Shown here piece after piece: positions 38,206 to 38,254 of a stretch of 38,254 nucleotides of DNA. The notes under the pieces were generated by a model, which saw only the letters and a list, made by a program, of their open reading frames with translations, was not told the DNA's origin and searched no databases. A program made the position numbers and the translations under genes. The stretch lies in the sequence record DRR723986_3020. One strand, 5' to 3'. The stretch's first letter is position 1; every line of letters begins with the position of its first letter.

Positions 38206-38254
38206 GGGCGTGTAGCTCAGCGGGAGAGCACTTCGTTGACATCGAAGGGGTCAC
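38206..38254 (+). tRNA. tRNA-Val(GAC), truncated by the window end
   Basis: GGGCGTG acceptor strand, TAGCTCAGCGGGAGAGC D-arm, CTTCG-TTGACAT-CGAAG anticodon arm. Confidence 0.93.

Noticed and set aside
38206-38254. tRNA-Val as an integration site for an island in this window
   Set aside because: Its 3' end lies outside the window, and no integrase or att duplicate was seen here.
1-38254. CRISPR array, IS element, prophage or frameshifted pseudogene
   Set aside because: No regularly spaced repeats, transposase, integrase or phage genes, and no split reading frames were seen by eye.

Overview
A high-GC alphaproteobacterial chromosomal segment (Hyphomicrobiales-like gene set, judged from cpdR, the suhB/MmgR sRNA and a ROSE-type ibpA). 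It contains no transposases, prophage genes or CRISPR arrays. Left to right: LacI-family regulator; an orphan 372-aa gene behind an AT-rich promoter region; a 7-gene operon with an acyl-CoA ligase, a Liv-type ABC transporter and a PaaK-like ligase; hemH; SPFH-NfeD pair; a stand-alone PomA/PomB-like stator pair; kdsD/kpsF; outer-membrane beta-barrel; lytic transglycosylase; DUF459/SGNH-like protein; gltDB; a four-gene bufferin-type RiPP cluster (DUF2282 precursor, DUF692 MNIO, DUF2063, DoxX); threonine aldolase; ibpA; a small secreted Arg/Gly-rich protein; lysophospholipase; hisN; MmgR sRNA; N-formylglutamate amidohydrolase; cpdR; a partial tRNA-Val(GAC). The most notable items are the bufferin-like cluster (no adjacent sigma/anti-sigma genes, with a multibranched RNA-like spacer after the precursor), the Na+-type stator outside any flagellar cluster, an SGNH protein with its catalytic motifs substituted next to a lytic transglycosylase, and the orphan gene with a perfect 17-bp palindrome upstream. 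All assignments come from motif recognition by eye; no searches were run.
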